The notes under the pieces were generated by a model, which worked only from the letters and a program-made list of their open reading frames with translations, was not told the DNA's origin and did no database searches. Both the position numbers and the translations under genes were made by a program. A DNA stretch of 64,000 bases from the human T2T-CHM13v2.0 reference genome, Homo sapiens: assembly GCF_009914755.1 (NCBI RefSeq), contig NC_060943.1; one strand, 5' to 3'. Within the stretch, counting starts at the first letter, position 1. The number at the start of each line of letters is the position of its first letter. Below are positions 15,248 to 30,923 of the stretch, piece by piece.

Positions 15248-16571
15248 TTAAGTGTTATTTCTTTTCCCCAAGAGACAGGAGAAAGTAAAGGAGGAGTGAG
15301 GAGAGGAGGAAGAGAAGGAAGAGAAGGAGGAAGAGGAGGAGGAAGGAGAAGAGGAGGAAGAGAGGAGGAGGAGGAGGAGGAGGAGGAGGAAACTCCAGCA
15401 GAGAGAATAGAAGAGACTGTTGTGTGGGAAGGAGACAATATATGTAAAGTGACTAATACACAGTGGGTGCCTAATAAATGCCCATTCTCCTCCCTGGCAG
15501 CAAGCACAGAGAAAGCAGCCAGGAGGAAGGGAGCAAGCAGAGAGAAGGAGAAAAGGAGAGAAGGGAGAACAGAGCCTGTGAGGCAAGCAGACAGTGTAGA
15601 TGAAGCGGCAGCATACAGTAGGCACTCAATACATGCCTATTTCCTCCCTCAGGAAAGAGCTGGCAGGGCAGAGAGGAGGGGGAGAAGCTGGTGGAGAGAA
15701 GGAGGCAGGGAGAAGAGAGGAAATGAGAACAAGTACACTGGTGAGGTGGTGGGCACACAGGAGGCACTCAATAAATGCACATTGTCGTCCTTGGAGGAGC
15801 AAGAGAACAAGACAGAAATGAAGGCACAGACAGGAATGAGAGGAAAAGGTTGGCCCAGGAGGCCTCCGTGGGGGTGGAGGAGCAGAGGGAGGAGGGATCA
15901 GTGAGAGGAGTGTGGCAGAGGAGAGGATACGCAGGGAGGGGGCATTGCAGGTAAACCATGGGGCACACAGGAGGCACTCAATAAACACCTGTACCCTTCC
16001 CCAGAAAAGGACCCAGAGAACAGCAAGGGGATAAGCTGGCAGAGCAAGAGGGGCAGCGAGAAAGAGGTAGGAGATGAGGAGGGATGTTAATTGCCTGGCA
16101 TACAGTAGGTGCCCCATAATTGCTTGTCTTTGTCCCCGAGAAAGAGCCGATGGGACAGAAAGAAGTTAGAGATAAGGGAAGAAGGCGAAGTGAAGGGTTA
16201 GGGGAGAATAAGAAAACTGTCTGGCACACAATAGGTACTCAATAAATGCCCATTTTCTTCCCTGGCACAGAGCAGAAAGAAGCAGAGACTGGTGGAGTCA
16301 GTGGAGACTGAAGGGCAAGAGGAGAGGAGAGAAAGGACATAATTGCTTGCATACCAGAAGTGCTCAATAAATGTAGTCCTTGCCTTGGAAGAGGGCAGAG
16401 AGCTCAGAAACACAAGGAAAGGACAGAAGAGGGACCGGGGAGGAAGAGAGTGAGGAGAGAGGTATGTAAGGTGTTTAGTACACAGTAAGTGCTCAAAATG
16501 TGTCCACTCCCTCTGCCAGGAGAGAGCAGAAAGTCAGAAAGGAGAGGACACCAATAGAGAGGAAAGAAAGG

Positions 16572-17170
<599 letters not shown>

Positions 17171-17924
17171 AAGAAAGGAATGGGGGTGGGGGGAGGAAAG
17201 AAGGTAGCGAGAGAGGAGCCATGTTCCTCAACTCCTCGGCGCATAGCAGATGCTCAGTAGATGCCCGTTTCCTTCCCAGGAGAGACCAAGCAAATCAGAA
17301 AGAGAAAGGAACTGGGGCAGAAGGGACAGGAAAGCAAGAAGGATGGAAAGTGCAGACGCGGTTAGGGGAATTGCCTGCCAAGCATCAGGTGCTTAATAAT
17401 TGCCCGTTTCTTCCATGGAAGGAGCCAGAGGCACAGGAGGAACAAGTAGAGGGCGCCGAGGACGGCACACCCGAGGCGGGCACACCCGAGGACGGCACAC
17501 CCGTGGCGGGAGACGGAGTGTGTGAGGAGAGGCGAGGAGGCATTTTGGGTGCATACAGCAGGTACTCCATAAATGCCTGTCCCCTTCCCCAGGCAGAGCA
17601 GAGAAAGCAGGCTGGGAGTAGGTGGAGACCCCAGGAAGGGAGGCCAGGGGAGAAGGAGAGTCTGAGGGTGGAGGCCGTGGGCCAGGCCCGCAGGAGGTGC
17701 ACCTTCCCCAACCCAGCAGCCGCTGTGGCCGACCCTCCTCCGTGGCCCAGCCCACAGGCCTCCCCAGCTGGCTGGCTCCTCCGGAGCCCTGACAAGGGCC
17801 CATTGTCCTGGGCCTGGCACCGCCTGGCCTGGCCTGGCCTGGAGGGGGAGGGGAGGCTGTCCAGCCCTGACCGGCTCTTGTCCCCTGTGTCTGTTTGTGT
17901 GTATTGGAGTGGGGGCGCTGTCTG

Positions 17925-18105
17925 GTCTGTCTGTCTCTGAGTCTCTCTGTGTCTCCCTGTCTCTCACGTGCTGTGTCTCTGTGACCTGCTGTCTCTCTCA
18001 TTTCTGAGCTTACGGCCCCCATCTTGTCTCTGTCTCGCTCTGTCTCTCTCTGTCTCTTTCCGTGCCTGTCTCTGGTTCTCTCTCTGCATCCATCTCTGTC
18101 TCTGG
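17925..18105. repeat. (CT)/(CTGT)-rich tract, opposite polarity to the surrounding GA repeats
   Basis: ctgtctctctc-type runs on the plus strand. Confidence 0.8.
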
Positions 18106-18312
18106 GAGGGAGGAGCCCCCACCCCCAGCTCCAGAATTCCCACCCCCTATACCCAGGATCAGGGCTGGGGGGCCGAGCTGAGAGGCAGAGGAGTGAGGAA
18201 GGAAAGAAGGAGGCGCAGAAGGGAGAGAGGTGAGGACAGAAACAGCTTTATTCAGCAGGGACCGCAGAGGCCCCGGAGGGCTTCGTCCAGGGAGCTGGGG
18301 AGAGAGGAGGAG

Positions 18313-21085
18313 TCAGAGACAGGAGAGACAGACAGAGATGGAGAGAAATGGGGGGAGAGACAGAGACAGAAATGGGGGTAGAGACAGAGACAGAGAGAAA
18401 TGGTGGGAGAGAGGCAGAGAGAAGTGGGGGACAGTCAGAGATAGAAATGGGGAAGAGACAGAGATAGAAGTGGGGGAGAGACAGAGACAGAGAGAAGTAG
18501 AGGAGAGACAGAGATAGAAGTGGGGGAGAGACAGAGAGAAGTGGGGGAGAGACAGAGACAGAGAAATGGGGGAGAGACAGAGATAGAGGAAGTGGAGGAG
18601 AGACAGAGAGAAGTGGGGGAGAGACAGAGACAGAGAGAAATGGAGAGACAGAGATAGAAGTGGGGGAGACAGAGACAGAGAAGTGGGGGAGAGACAGAGA
18701 GAAGTGGGGGAGAGACAGAGATAGTGGGGGAGACAGAGACAGAGAAGTGGGGGAGAGAGATAGAAATGGGGGAGAGACAGAAGTGGGAGAGAGACAGAGA
18801 TAGAAATGGGGAGAGACAGAGACAGAGAGAAGTGGGGGAGAGACAGAGATAGAAATGGGGGAGAGAGACAGAGAGAAGTGGGGGACAGACAGAGGCAGAG
18901 AAGTGGGGGAGAGTCAGAAATAGAAATGGGGGAGAGACAGATAGAAATGGGGAGAGACAGAGAGAAGTGGGGAGAGACAGAGAGAGAAATGGGGGAGAGA
19001 CAGAGATAGAAGTGGGGGAGAAACAGAGACAGAGAGAAGTGGGGGAGAGAGAGACAGAGAAGTGGGGGAGAGTCAGAGATAGAAGTGGGGGAGAGACAGA
19101 GAAGTGGGGGAGAGGCAGAGAAAGAAGTGGAGGAGAGGCAGAGACAGAAGATGGGGAGAGACAGAGATAGAAGAAGACAGAGAGAAAGAGACACAGAGAT
19201 ACAAAGCCAGGGAGAGACAGAGAGATGGGGAGAAAAGGGAGAGTAAGAAAGAGAAACAGGGGGTGCTGAGGGAGACTGAGAGAAAGTTGGGGGGAGGAGA
19301 CAGAGACACAGAAAAGAGGTGGGAGGAAGAGACAGATGAGACAGATGGAGAGACAGAGAGAAACAGACGAGAAGGAGGAGAGAGAGATGGAGAGAACGAT
19401 AGGGAGAATGAGAGACAGAGACAGTGAGGAGAGGGAGATGAGGCAGGAGAGGAGATAAAGAGAACTGGGGAGAGGGACACAGAGAAAGACAGATGGGGAG
19501 AGAGACAGAGACAGGGAGAAAGAGAAGGAGAGAGAGACGGAGAGAGAGAGGAGAGAGGGAGACAGCGGGAAAGAGGGGGAGAGAGAGAGACGGAGAGAGG
19601 GAGACGGAGAGAGAGAGACAGAGGGAGAGAGAAAGAGGGAGAGAGAGAGTGGGAGAGAGAGACAGAGGGAGAGAGGGAGAGGGAGAGAGAAAGAGGGAGA
19701 GAGAGAGAGAGGGAGAGAGAGACAGAGGGAGAGACGGAGAAAGAGAGGGAGAGAGAGACGGAGAGAGAGAGACAGGGAGAGAGAGACAGAGGGAGACAGG
19801 GAGAGAGAGACACAGGGAGAGAGAGAGAGAGGGAGAGAGAGAGACGGAGAGAGAGAGACGGAGAGAGAGACAGAGGGAGAGAGAGACAGAGAGAGGGAGA
19901 GAGAAGGAGAGAGAGAGAGAGAGGGAGACAGAGACAGAGGGAGAGAGGGAGAAAGAGAGAGAGGGAGAGAGAGAGACGGAGAGAGACAGAGGGAGAGAGG
20001 GAGAGAGAGAGACGGAGAGAGAGAGACGGAGAGAGGGAGAGAGAGAGACGGAGAGAGAGACAGAGGGAGACGGAGAGAGAGACAGGGAGAGAGAGACGGA
20101 GAGAGAGAGACAGAGGGAGACGGAGAGAGAGACAGGGAGAGAGAGAGACGGAGAGAGAGAGACAGAGGGAGAGAGGGAGACAGAGGGAGAGACAGGGAGA
20201 GAGAGAGACAGAGGGAGAGAGAGAGACAGAGGGAGAGAGAGACAGAGGGAGAGAGAGACAGAGAGAGAGAGAGGGAGACAGAGACGGAGAGAGAGACAGA
20301 GGGAGAGAGGGAGAAAGAGAGGGAGAGAGAGACGGAGAGAGAGAGACAGAGGGAGACAGAGAGAGAGACAGAGGGAGAGAGAGAGAGAGGGAGAGAGAGA
20401 CAGAGGGAGAGACGGAGAAAGAGAGGGAGAGAGAGACGGAGAGAGAGAGACAGGGAGAGAGAGACAGGGAGAGAGAGACAGAGGGAGACAGGGAGAGAGA
20501 GACACAGGGAGAGAGAGACAGAGGGAGAGAGAGAGACGGAGAGAGAGAGACGGAGAGAGAGACAGAGGGAGAGAGAGACAGAGAGAGGGAGAGAGAAGGA
20601 GAGAGAGAGAGAGGGAGAGAGAGACGGAGAGAGACAGAGGGAGAGAGGGAGAGAGAGAGACGGAGAGAGAGAGACGGAGAGAGGGAGAGAGAGAGACGGA
20701 GAGAGAGAGACAGAGGGAGACGGAGAGAGAGACAGGGAGAGAGAGAGATGGAGAGAGAGAGACAGAGGGAGAGACAGGGAGAGAGAGAGACAGAGGGAGA
20801 GAGGGTGACAGAGGGAGAGGGAGACAGAGGGAGAGAGAGACAGAGAGAGAGAGAGGGAGACAGAGATGGAGAGAGAGACAGAGGGAGAGAGGGAGAAAGA
20901 GAGAGAGAGATGGAGAGAGAGAGACAGAGGGAGACGGAGAGAGAGACAGAGGGAGAGAGAGAGACGGAGAGAGAGACAGGGAGAGAGAGAGACAGAGGGA
21001 GAGAGGGAGACAGAGGGAGAGAGAGACAGGGAGAGAGGGAGACGGAGAGAGAGAGGGAGAGAGAGACGGAGGGAGACAGCGAGAG
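18313..21085. repeat. ~2.8-kb compound GA-rich VNTR: GAGACAGAGAGAAGTGGGG units followed by GAGA/GACG/GACAGG units
   Basis: Two subdomains (~18313-19200 and ~19540-21085); higher-order block repeated at ~680-bp offset (19717 vs 20397). Confidence 0.95.
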
Positions 21086-21149
21086 AAGACGCGCGGAGCC
21101 TTGCGGCAGGAGGTCGAGGAAAGAACAGCCCCTCTCACCTGGCGTCGGT

Positions 21150-21785
21150 GGCAGCTGAACCCTGGGCCCGACTGTGCGATTTAAGGGGTGCCCTGGGGGT
21201 GAGACCGCCCCCCCACCCAACTGCCTTATCTGGCCAGACCCGGCTCTGTGAGCTAAATCGGGCAGCAGCTGTCACCACCAGGGGGTGTGGGACAGCTGTC
21301 CCCCTCCCCCCGCACCTGCCCTGCGCCTGCCTCTTGACCACAGCCCCTCCCTCTCCGTTTCTGCAGCCTGGGGGTGTGGAGAGGCCACTGGCATCTGTGC
21401 GGGGCGCCCCAGCCCCCTCAGCTCTGGGACAGGCCTGGCCGGGTGCCCTGGGGCAAGCGGTAGCCCTCTGAGTCCTGAGGCGCTCCCCTGGGAAGAGCAG
21501 TCCCAGCGGGTGGGGGCACAGGCGCTCTGCACTGTGAGGGGCAGACAGTAAGTGCTTAGTTGATGCAATGACCTGGTCTGTCCTGCCCGCTCTCACCTGC
21601 CAGAATATGGGGGTTGGGGCAGGAGGGAGTGGGAGCAGGAGGAGGTCAGCTGGCCCCTCTCCCCCCACCCCCGGCGCCCCCAGCTCCTCCTCCCGGGGCT
21701 CCTCACTCCGGACCTTATTTGGCCATAGCCCAGGACGCACCTGGGGGCCACAGCCCCGCCTGCCACTCAGGCCCAAGAATAGCAA
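21150..21785 (-). promoter_or_regulatory. Muscle/cardiac-type promoter-enhancer of the lncRNA
   Basis: CAGCTG at 21152, 21266, 21293 and 21647; CAACTG 21218; CACCTG 21313; perfect CArG CCTTATTTGG 21713-21722; CArG-like/GATA CCTTATCTGG 21224-21233; GGGTGTGG 21283; minus-strand TTAAAT 21179-21184. Confidence 0.65.
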
Positions 21786-23149
21786 CACTCAGGCCCCCGC
21801 CAGTCTGTCTGGGACCTGCGATGGGACAGGCGACAGGCACAGGGTGGCAGGGAGGGGCCCAGGGGCACTGAGAGAAGGGGAGAGACACAGACAGAGGGGA
21901 GAGACAGCGAGCTGAGGAGAGACTGAGAGAGACCGTGGGAGAGACAGAGAGACAGGGTCAAAGAGACAGAGAGGGGTGGAGAGAAATGCCCAGCAAGAGA
22001 GATAGAGAAGGGAGGCTGAGACAGGCGAAGCGAGAGAGGGAGACACAGAGACAGAGGGGGTTAGCCAGGGGCCCGGGGCCAGACACCCAGATGGGGCAGA
22101 GAGCGAGACCCACACCAGCAGAGGCGTGGGGAGCCCGGTGGGCGGGCAGGAGGTGCAGGGATCTGGATGGGATGGGGCCAGAGCCGTTCGGGAGTCTGCA
22201 ACCCCCAGCAGTTTCCCCTCCGGTGCTGTCTGGCTTTTAACTTTACGACCTGCCCTTTGACCTTGGGAAAACTTGCAAACCAGAACCTGCCACACCCTGG
22301 TCCATGCGCAGCCAGGGCTTTCATGAGTGTGTCCTGCGGGGCATCAGCTCCACCTTGCCGGGGGTGCATGGGCAGCTTGTGGGCTGCCTGGATGAACTGC
22401 CTGCCTGGGCGCATGGGCCTGTGGCTCCAGGAGGGGACACACCCCAAGCCGGGGACCCCTTGCCTCCCTGTGCCTGAGTCCCCCACTTCTGCAGGTGCCT
22501 AACGGGGATCCCCAGGTTCATCCAGGCCCCTGGACACCTTCCACTCATTCCTGCCTCCTCACCTCCCAGGGCCCACCAGCCTCAGACCCTCCTCTCTGTC
22601 GCCCTCAGGGGCCTAGCTCAAGCCCTGCCTCGCCCCTCCCAGCCTCCTCCCGGGCCTCCTGGCTTCTGGTTCCCCCTCCATTCTGTGCCTGCAGCCCCAG
22701 AGGGGTCTCTGCACCCAGAGCTGACCTGTCCTTCCCTTCTCGCAGCTCCCAGGCTGCCCTTGGAGGTCCCGCCTGGTTGGGTTCCTGGCCGGGACCCACC
22801 CTCCTCCTTCATCACCTCCTCAAATAACTCTGGCGATAAACAGCCGTGGCGTTCCAGGTCTCATCCGGGATGACTTCCAATTCTGGAGTGCCCTCCCGTG
22901 CCCCGCCAGCCTCTGCAGAGCCCTCCTCAGCCTTCCGTGGCCAGCCTTGTCTCTGGGCCATTTTATGCGACTTGCTTGTCCCGGGGTCCCTTCTCTGTTC
23001 TCTCGTCCCTGCAGTGCTCTGTGGGAACCCCATAAAAGCCCCCACTGCTGGGACAGAAACTCTTGGTGTCCCCTTGGGTCTCCCCACAGGGTGGGAGCTG
23101 GGAGGGTGGGCCGACACTTCCCGTCAGCACAGGCGTCCCTCCTCCGCTG

Positions 23150-26200
<3,051 letters not shown>

Positions 26201-26239
26201 TGCCAATCAACGGAATAGAATCGAGAGTCAAGAAGTAAA

Positions 26240-26540
<301 letters not shown>

Positions 26541-26877
26541 AAAGAAGTAAACACCTGCTTTCTCCTTAGCAATGACCCCCGTGGAACCCAGGAGATCAAA
26601 CTCATTTGTTTGCCACTGGTCTCTCTCCAGCACCGGAGGAGCGTGAGCCCCAGGGGGCACGGACTTGTGTTTTTTTCTGCTGTGTCACTGATGAGGAAAC
26701 TGAGGCCCAGCAGTGAGAAACTGGCATGAGGTGGCAGAGAACCAGGAGGCCTCCTGGGCTCTCGGCCCCACACACCAGGGTGTCTGGCCTGTAAGGTAAG
26801 TGGGAGTCACTGAGTGGAAGGGGCCCCAGAAGGGTGGGGCCGTCAGACACAGGCCAGGCAGGCAGCAAATCAGCAGA

Positions 26878-26883
26878 TTTATT
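26878..26883 (-). terminator. JOSD2 poly(A) signal AATAAA
   Basis: tttatt on the plus strand ~155 nt after the JOSD2 stop. Confidence 0.85.
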
Positions 26884-27035
26884 GAGGCAGCAGCGGCAGT
26901 GGGGAGCAGGGGTGTGGGGAGGGGGCGGGGCCTCCCCAGGGTCCATGAAGTGCTGGCCTTTCCCAGGCATGCAGTGTGCGCAGCCGGAGGGGGATGCGCA
27001 GGGACTGCGCTGTGGGCGCCGATGGTCAGCCATGG

Positions 27036-27135
27036 TCAGTCTGTCCGCAGCCAGCTGCCCTTCTCCTCCACCTCCTTGGTCACTACCAGCAGCACCTCGC
27101 ACAGGCCCTGGGCCAGCGCAGCCGCCAGGAAGGCC
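27036..27135 (-). CDS. JOSD2: JOSD2 last coding exon (R-AFLAAALAQGLCEVLLVVTKEVEEKGSWLRTD*)
   Basis: ttctcccacccag acceptor; TGA 27038-27036; exons sum 146+126+195+100=567 nt = 188 aa plus stop. Confidence 0.95.
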
Positions 27136-27240
27136 CTGGGTGGGAGAAATGGGGAGACTGAGGCTCGGCCAGCCTGGGCATTCCGTCTGGGGAGTGGGGT
27201 TTCAGGCCCCTGGTCTTGGAATCGCCTCTGTGGGGCTCAC

Positions 27241-27435
27241 CTGACTCCGTCCTCATCCCCCAGGGCCTCGGGCGCCCGCAGCTTGGAGTCCAGGTTGTAG
27301 TAGACACCGTCCACCTGGCGCAGGGCCACCCAGTGCCGCCGGCGCAGCGGCAGTGACAGCAGCCCCAGCGACACGGGCGAGGGCAGGTTCAGGATCAGCC
27401 CCAGTACCTGGGGCAGGGCCAGCTGGGACAGGGGC
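27241..27435 (-). CDS. JOSD2: JOSD2 coding exon 3 (Josephin domain, RRRHWVAL and YNLDS catalytic His/Asp motifs)
   Basis: cacacag acceptor, AG|gtgagc donor, 195 nt in frame. Confidence 0.96.
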
Positions 27436-27599
27436 CTGTGTGGGCAGGGAGGGGACACTGCCATCAGGGCCTGCTCCGCCCGCCGGTGAAATGTTGCTGA
27501 ACATGTGGGGCCCAGGCTGGTGGTGGTGAGGGCCTCCTGAGCCCACCCAGAGGTGTTCCTTAATCAGCCACCCTGGTTCCCGACACTCATCCGTTCACC

Positions 27600-28340
27600 T
27601 GCCCACTCAAACCTCCCACCCATGCGGCCACCCAACCAGACCTCCCACCCACCCACCCACCGTCCACCCAACTCACATCGGCCCTTCACCAACCACCATC
27701 ACCCTGTCTGTCCAGCCACCCACCCACCAACTTACCAACTCCTCACACAGCCACCCAGGATCCATGCATGATCCGCCCACCCCACTGAGCCTCCCAGCCA
27801 CCAGCCAACTTCCCAATGACGATTCACACACTCACCTCCCATCTATGCATTCACTTCCATCCCTCATATACACCCGCCCCACCTCCCCGTCAACCACCCA
27901 ACCACCATCACCATCCAACTAGCCATCTACTGTTCACCACCCACCACCCACCCACCCACACAGCCGGCCACCACCCAGCCAGCCATTCACCCAACAGTGG
28001 ACTCGCCATGCCCCCAATCCTCACTCACTCTTGACCCCCCTGCCATTGGTCTACCCCTCATCCACCAGCCACACGCCCGGCCACTGGCCAGCCGGCCATC
28101 AAAACTTCCCATTCATCCACCCAACTCCCCAGCCTCCTGTCTGCTGCCCATTGCCCAGGAACACCCATCACTTCACTCCCCCTGACCCAACACATCCAAC
28201 GGCCTACTCAGCATTCACCCAGTAACCATCATCCACCCAGCATCTCAGCCCATCGACCACCTGATCTCCCCCTTCCAACCCATCAGTGCCAGGCTTCCCA
28301 CATTCATGCCAACCTCCCCCAGCCACATTCCCCTCCCTGC
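27600..28340. repeat. (CCA/CACC)-rich low-complexity intron segment
   Basis: Repeated ccacccacc/catcc motifs. Confidence 0.7.
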
Positions 28341-28413
28341 CCCCCAACAGGCTCACACTATAGGGTGCCCTCTGTGCCCGGCCCAGCACATGCTGTGCTG
28401 CTCTGGGGCCTAC

Positions 28414-28539
28414 CTCCTCCTGTCCCACCACACGGCGGCCAGGCCCAGCCCCTGCAGAGCGGCCATGATCACATTGACATCATAGTTGCCGGTGCCCAGG
28501 AGGCTGCGATGAGGGTTCAGCCGGGAGTCTGGGGCCAAC
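28414..28539 (-). CDS. JOSD2: JOSD2 coding exon 2 ([41 protein letters not shown])
   Basis: taccag acceptor, AG|gtaggc donor; Josephin GNYDVNV motif. Confidence 0.96.
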
Positions 28540-28667
28540 CTGGTAGTGGGGGTGGCCAGAGCTGAGGTGGGGACCCCTGGAAAGGCCTCCCCACAAAATG
28601 GGGGTCCCAGGGGCCACAAGTTGCCTCAGCCTTTGACTCTCCCCGCTTCAGACCCCACAACTCATCC

Positions 28668-28903
28668 ACCCCCAAGTCCTGCCTCTCCTGCCCCAATTCT
28701 GCCCTGTCCCCAAGTCCTGTCTCTCCTGCCCTGACTCTGCCCTGTCCCCAAGTCCTGCCTCTCCTGCCCCGACTCTGCCCTGTCCCCAAGTCCTGCCTCT
28801 CCTGCCCCAACTCTGCCCTGTCCCCAAGTCCTGTCTCTCCTGCCCTGACTCTGCCCTGTCCCCAAGTCCTGTCTCTCCTGCCCTGACTCTGCCCTGTCCC
28901 CAA
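28668..28903. repeat. 38-bp minisatellite, ~6 copies
   Basis: CCCAAGTCCTGYCTCTCCTGCCCYRACTCTGCCCTGTC with AAG anchors at 28674, 28712, 28750, 28788, 28826, 28864 and 28902. Confidence 0.92.
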
Positions 28904-29535
28904 GGCCCCAGATGGGCTCTGTCTTCTCCCGCAGCCTCCAGCCTCCCTCCAGTCCATTCCCACACGGCCCTGGCCCTCTCCTGCTCTCAGCTCTCCCATG
29001 GCTCCCCAATGCCTTGGACAAAGTCCCTGTCCCTCCGCCAGTCCCTTCCTCTGTCCTTCAAGGCCCACCTCAGATGTCACGTCCTCTGAGAGGAGCCTCC
29101 TGACCTCCAGGCTGGATCGGGGCCCTGTCTGGGCTCCCCCAGTGAACTGAGCCACCTCAACGATGACAGCTGCCCGCATCACCCTGATTTAACACTGCTT
29201 GCTTCTCCCACGGGGTTGCCCTCACCCCTCCCCTGCTCACAGCCCACTCTGCTGCCTCATTTCCCCCAGGACAGAGTCCCACAAGGCCCTGCGTGGTCTG
29301 GCTCTGGTGGCCTCACCTCAGAGCCTCAGCACCCTCCTTCCTGGTCCCCTGTCCCCAGCCACATCCCCGGTGCCCACCGCCTCCCGCCCCACCCCCGCCA
29401 ACCTTTCCTCCAGCTCTTCCCCTGCCTAGGAAGGCTCTTCCGCCTGTCACCACTTGTCTCTGGGCCCTGCCTCTGAACAGCTGCACCTCTGTTCCCTATC
29501 TGGACCCTGGGCAGGCAGGACATGGGAGGAAAACG

Positions 29536-29538
<3 letters not shown>

Positions 29539-29580
<42 letters not shown>
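29539..29580. repeat. (GT)n microsatellite, ~21 units
   Basis: Pure GT run. Confidence 0.95.
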
Positions 29581-29582
<2 letters not shown>

Positions 29583-29943
29583 CCCTCACCACCCTTAGGC
29601 TGGCACTTGTGTCTGAGTCATCTCAGGGTCTCCAGCATGGCTTTTGTATGAAAGAGCTGATGGGTCCTTGTTGCGAATGATAGAGGAGATGACTAAATAC
29701 CATAATAATCAGTCTGAGGGGCTGGGACTCTTAAGATGTCCGAGAGCCGGAGGAGGCTTGGAGCAAGAGGCAGGGGAGGCAGGGCCATCTCCAGGTGTAG
29801 AAAGACTCTCTAGGATCAAGTGGGGACTGAAGGCAGGGACAGACTGGAGGCCATGGGCAGGCTGGGCAGGAGAGGGTCAGGCCTGAGCTGGGGCCAGGGA
29901 CATGGGGACAGAGAGGAGGGAGTGAGAGATGGTAAAGGAGTGA

Positions 29944-30892
29944 TTTTTTTTTTTTTTTTTTTTTGAGACAGTCTTGCTCTGTTGCCCGGCTCACTGAAAC
30001 GTCTGTCTCCCAGCTTCAAGCAATTCTCCCACCTTAGCCTCCAGAGTAGCTGGGACTACAGACATGTGCCACCACGCCCAGCTAATTTTATTTTTTATTT
30101 ATTTTTATTTTTTAGTAGAGACGGGGTTTCGCCCTGTTGGCCAGGCTGGTCTGGAATTCCTGACCTCAAGTGATCCACCCGCCTCAGCCTCCCAAAGTGT
30201 TGGGATTACAGGTGTGAGCCACTGCGCCCGGCCAAAGAGTGATGTTGGACATTGTGAATAGTGAAGAGGAACATTCCATGCTGGCAGAGAAGGAAGCCAT
30301 GCCGGGCAGAAAGAAGTACCTGGAAGCCCAGAGGCCGCACAGAAGGGCTCACGGGAGTGGAGAGTCTGGTTTGAGGGGGGCCGTGAGGGCTGAAGATGCA
30401 GAGGCAGGCTCGGCCTCCGCTATGAGGAGGGCCCTGAGTAGGGCGGGGGCGTGTTTAGGATGGACTGGAGAGCTGTGACAGGGCCCAGATAAGAGATGCC
30501 TGAAGCTGGGTGAGCCTGTAATCCCAGCTACTGGGGAGGCTGAGGTGGGAGGATCACTTAAGCTCAGGAGTTCAAGACCAGCCAGACCTTGTCTCTAAAG
30601 AAAGAACCACTGGGCCGGGTGCAGTGGCTCACGCCTGTAATCCTAGCACTTTGGGAGGCCGAGGCGGGTGGATCACGAGGTCAGGAGATTGAGACCATCC
30701 CGGCTAACATGGTGAAACCCCGTCTCTACTAAAAATACAAAAAATTAGCCGGGCGTGGTGGCGGGTGCCTGTAGTCCCAGCTACTCGGGAGGCTGAGGCA
30801 GGAGAATGGCATGAACCCGGGAGGCCGAGCTCGCAGTGAGCGAGATCGCGCAACTGCACTCCAGCCTGGGCAACAGAGTGAGACTCAGTCTC

Positions 30893-30923
<31 letters not shown>

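Noticed and set aside
17703-17838. Possible extra minus-strand lncRNA exon (good acceptor at 17839, donor AAG|GTGCAC)
   Set aside because: The donor is weak and acceptor-like sequences are abundant by chance in a CU-rich strand; not supportable without reads
17914-17925. GGCGCTGTC as a REST/RE1 site
   Set aside because: Half-site only; the CAGCACC half is absent
17221-17940. 239-aa ORF with EDGTPEAGTP repeats as a hidden gene
   Set aside because: Runs through array units and a 15-bp DNA triplication; no recognisable domain or supporting exon chain
18313-21220. Very long ORFs (941, 715 and 563 aa) of SL/ER dipeptides
   Set aside because: Translations of the GA/CT repeat, which lacks stop codons by composition; no domain content
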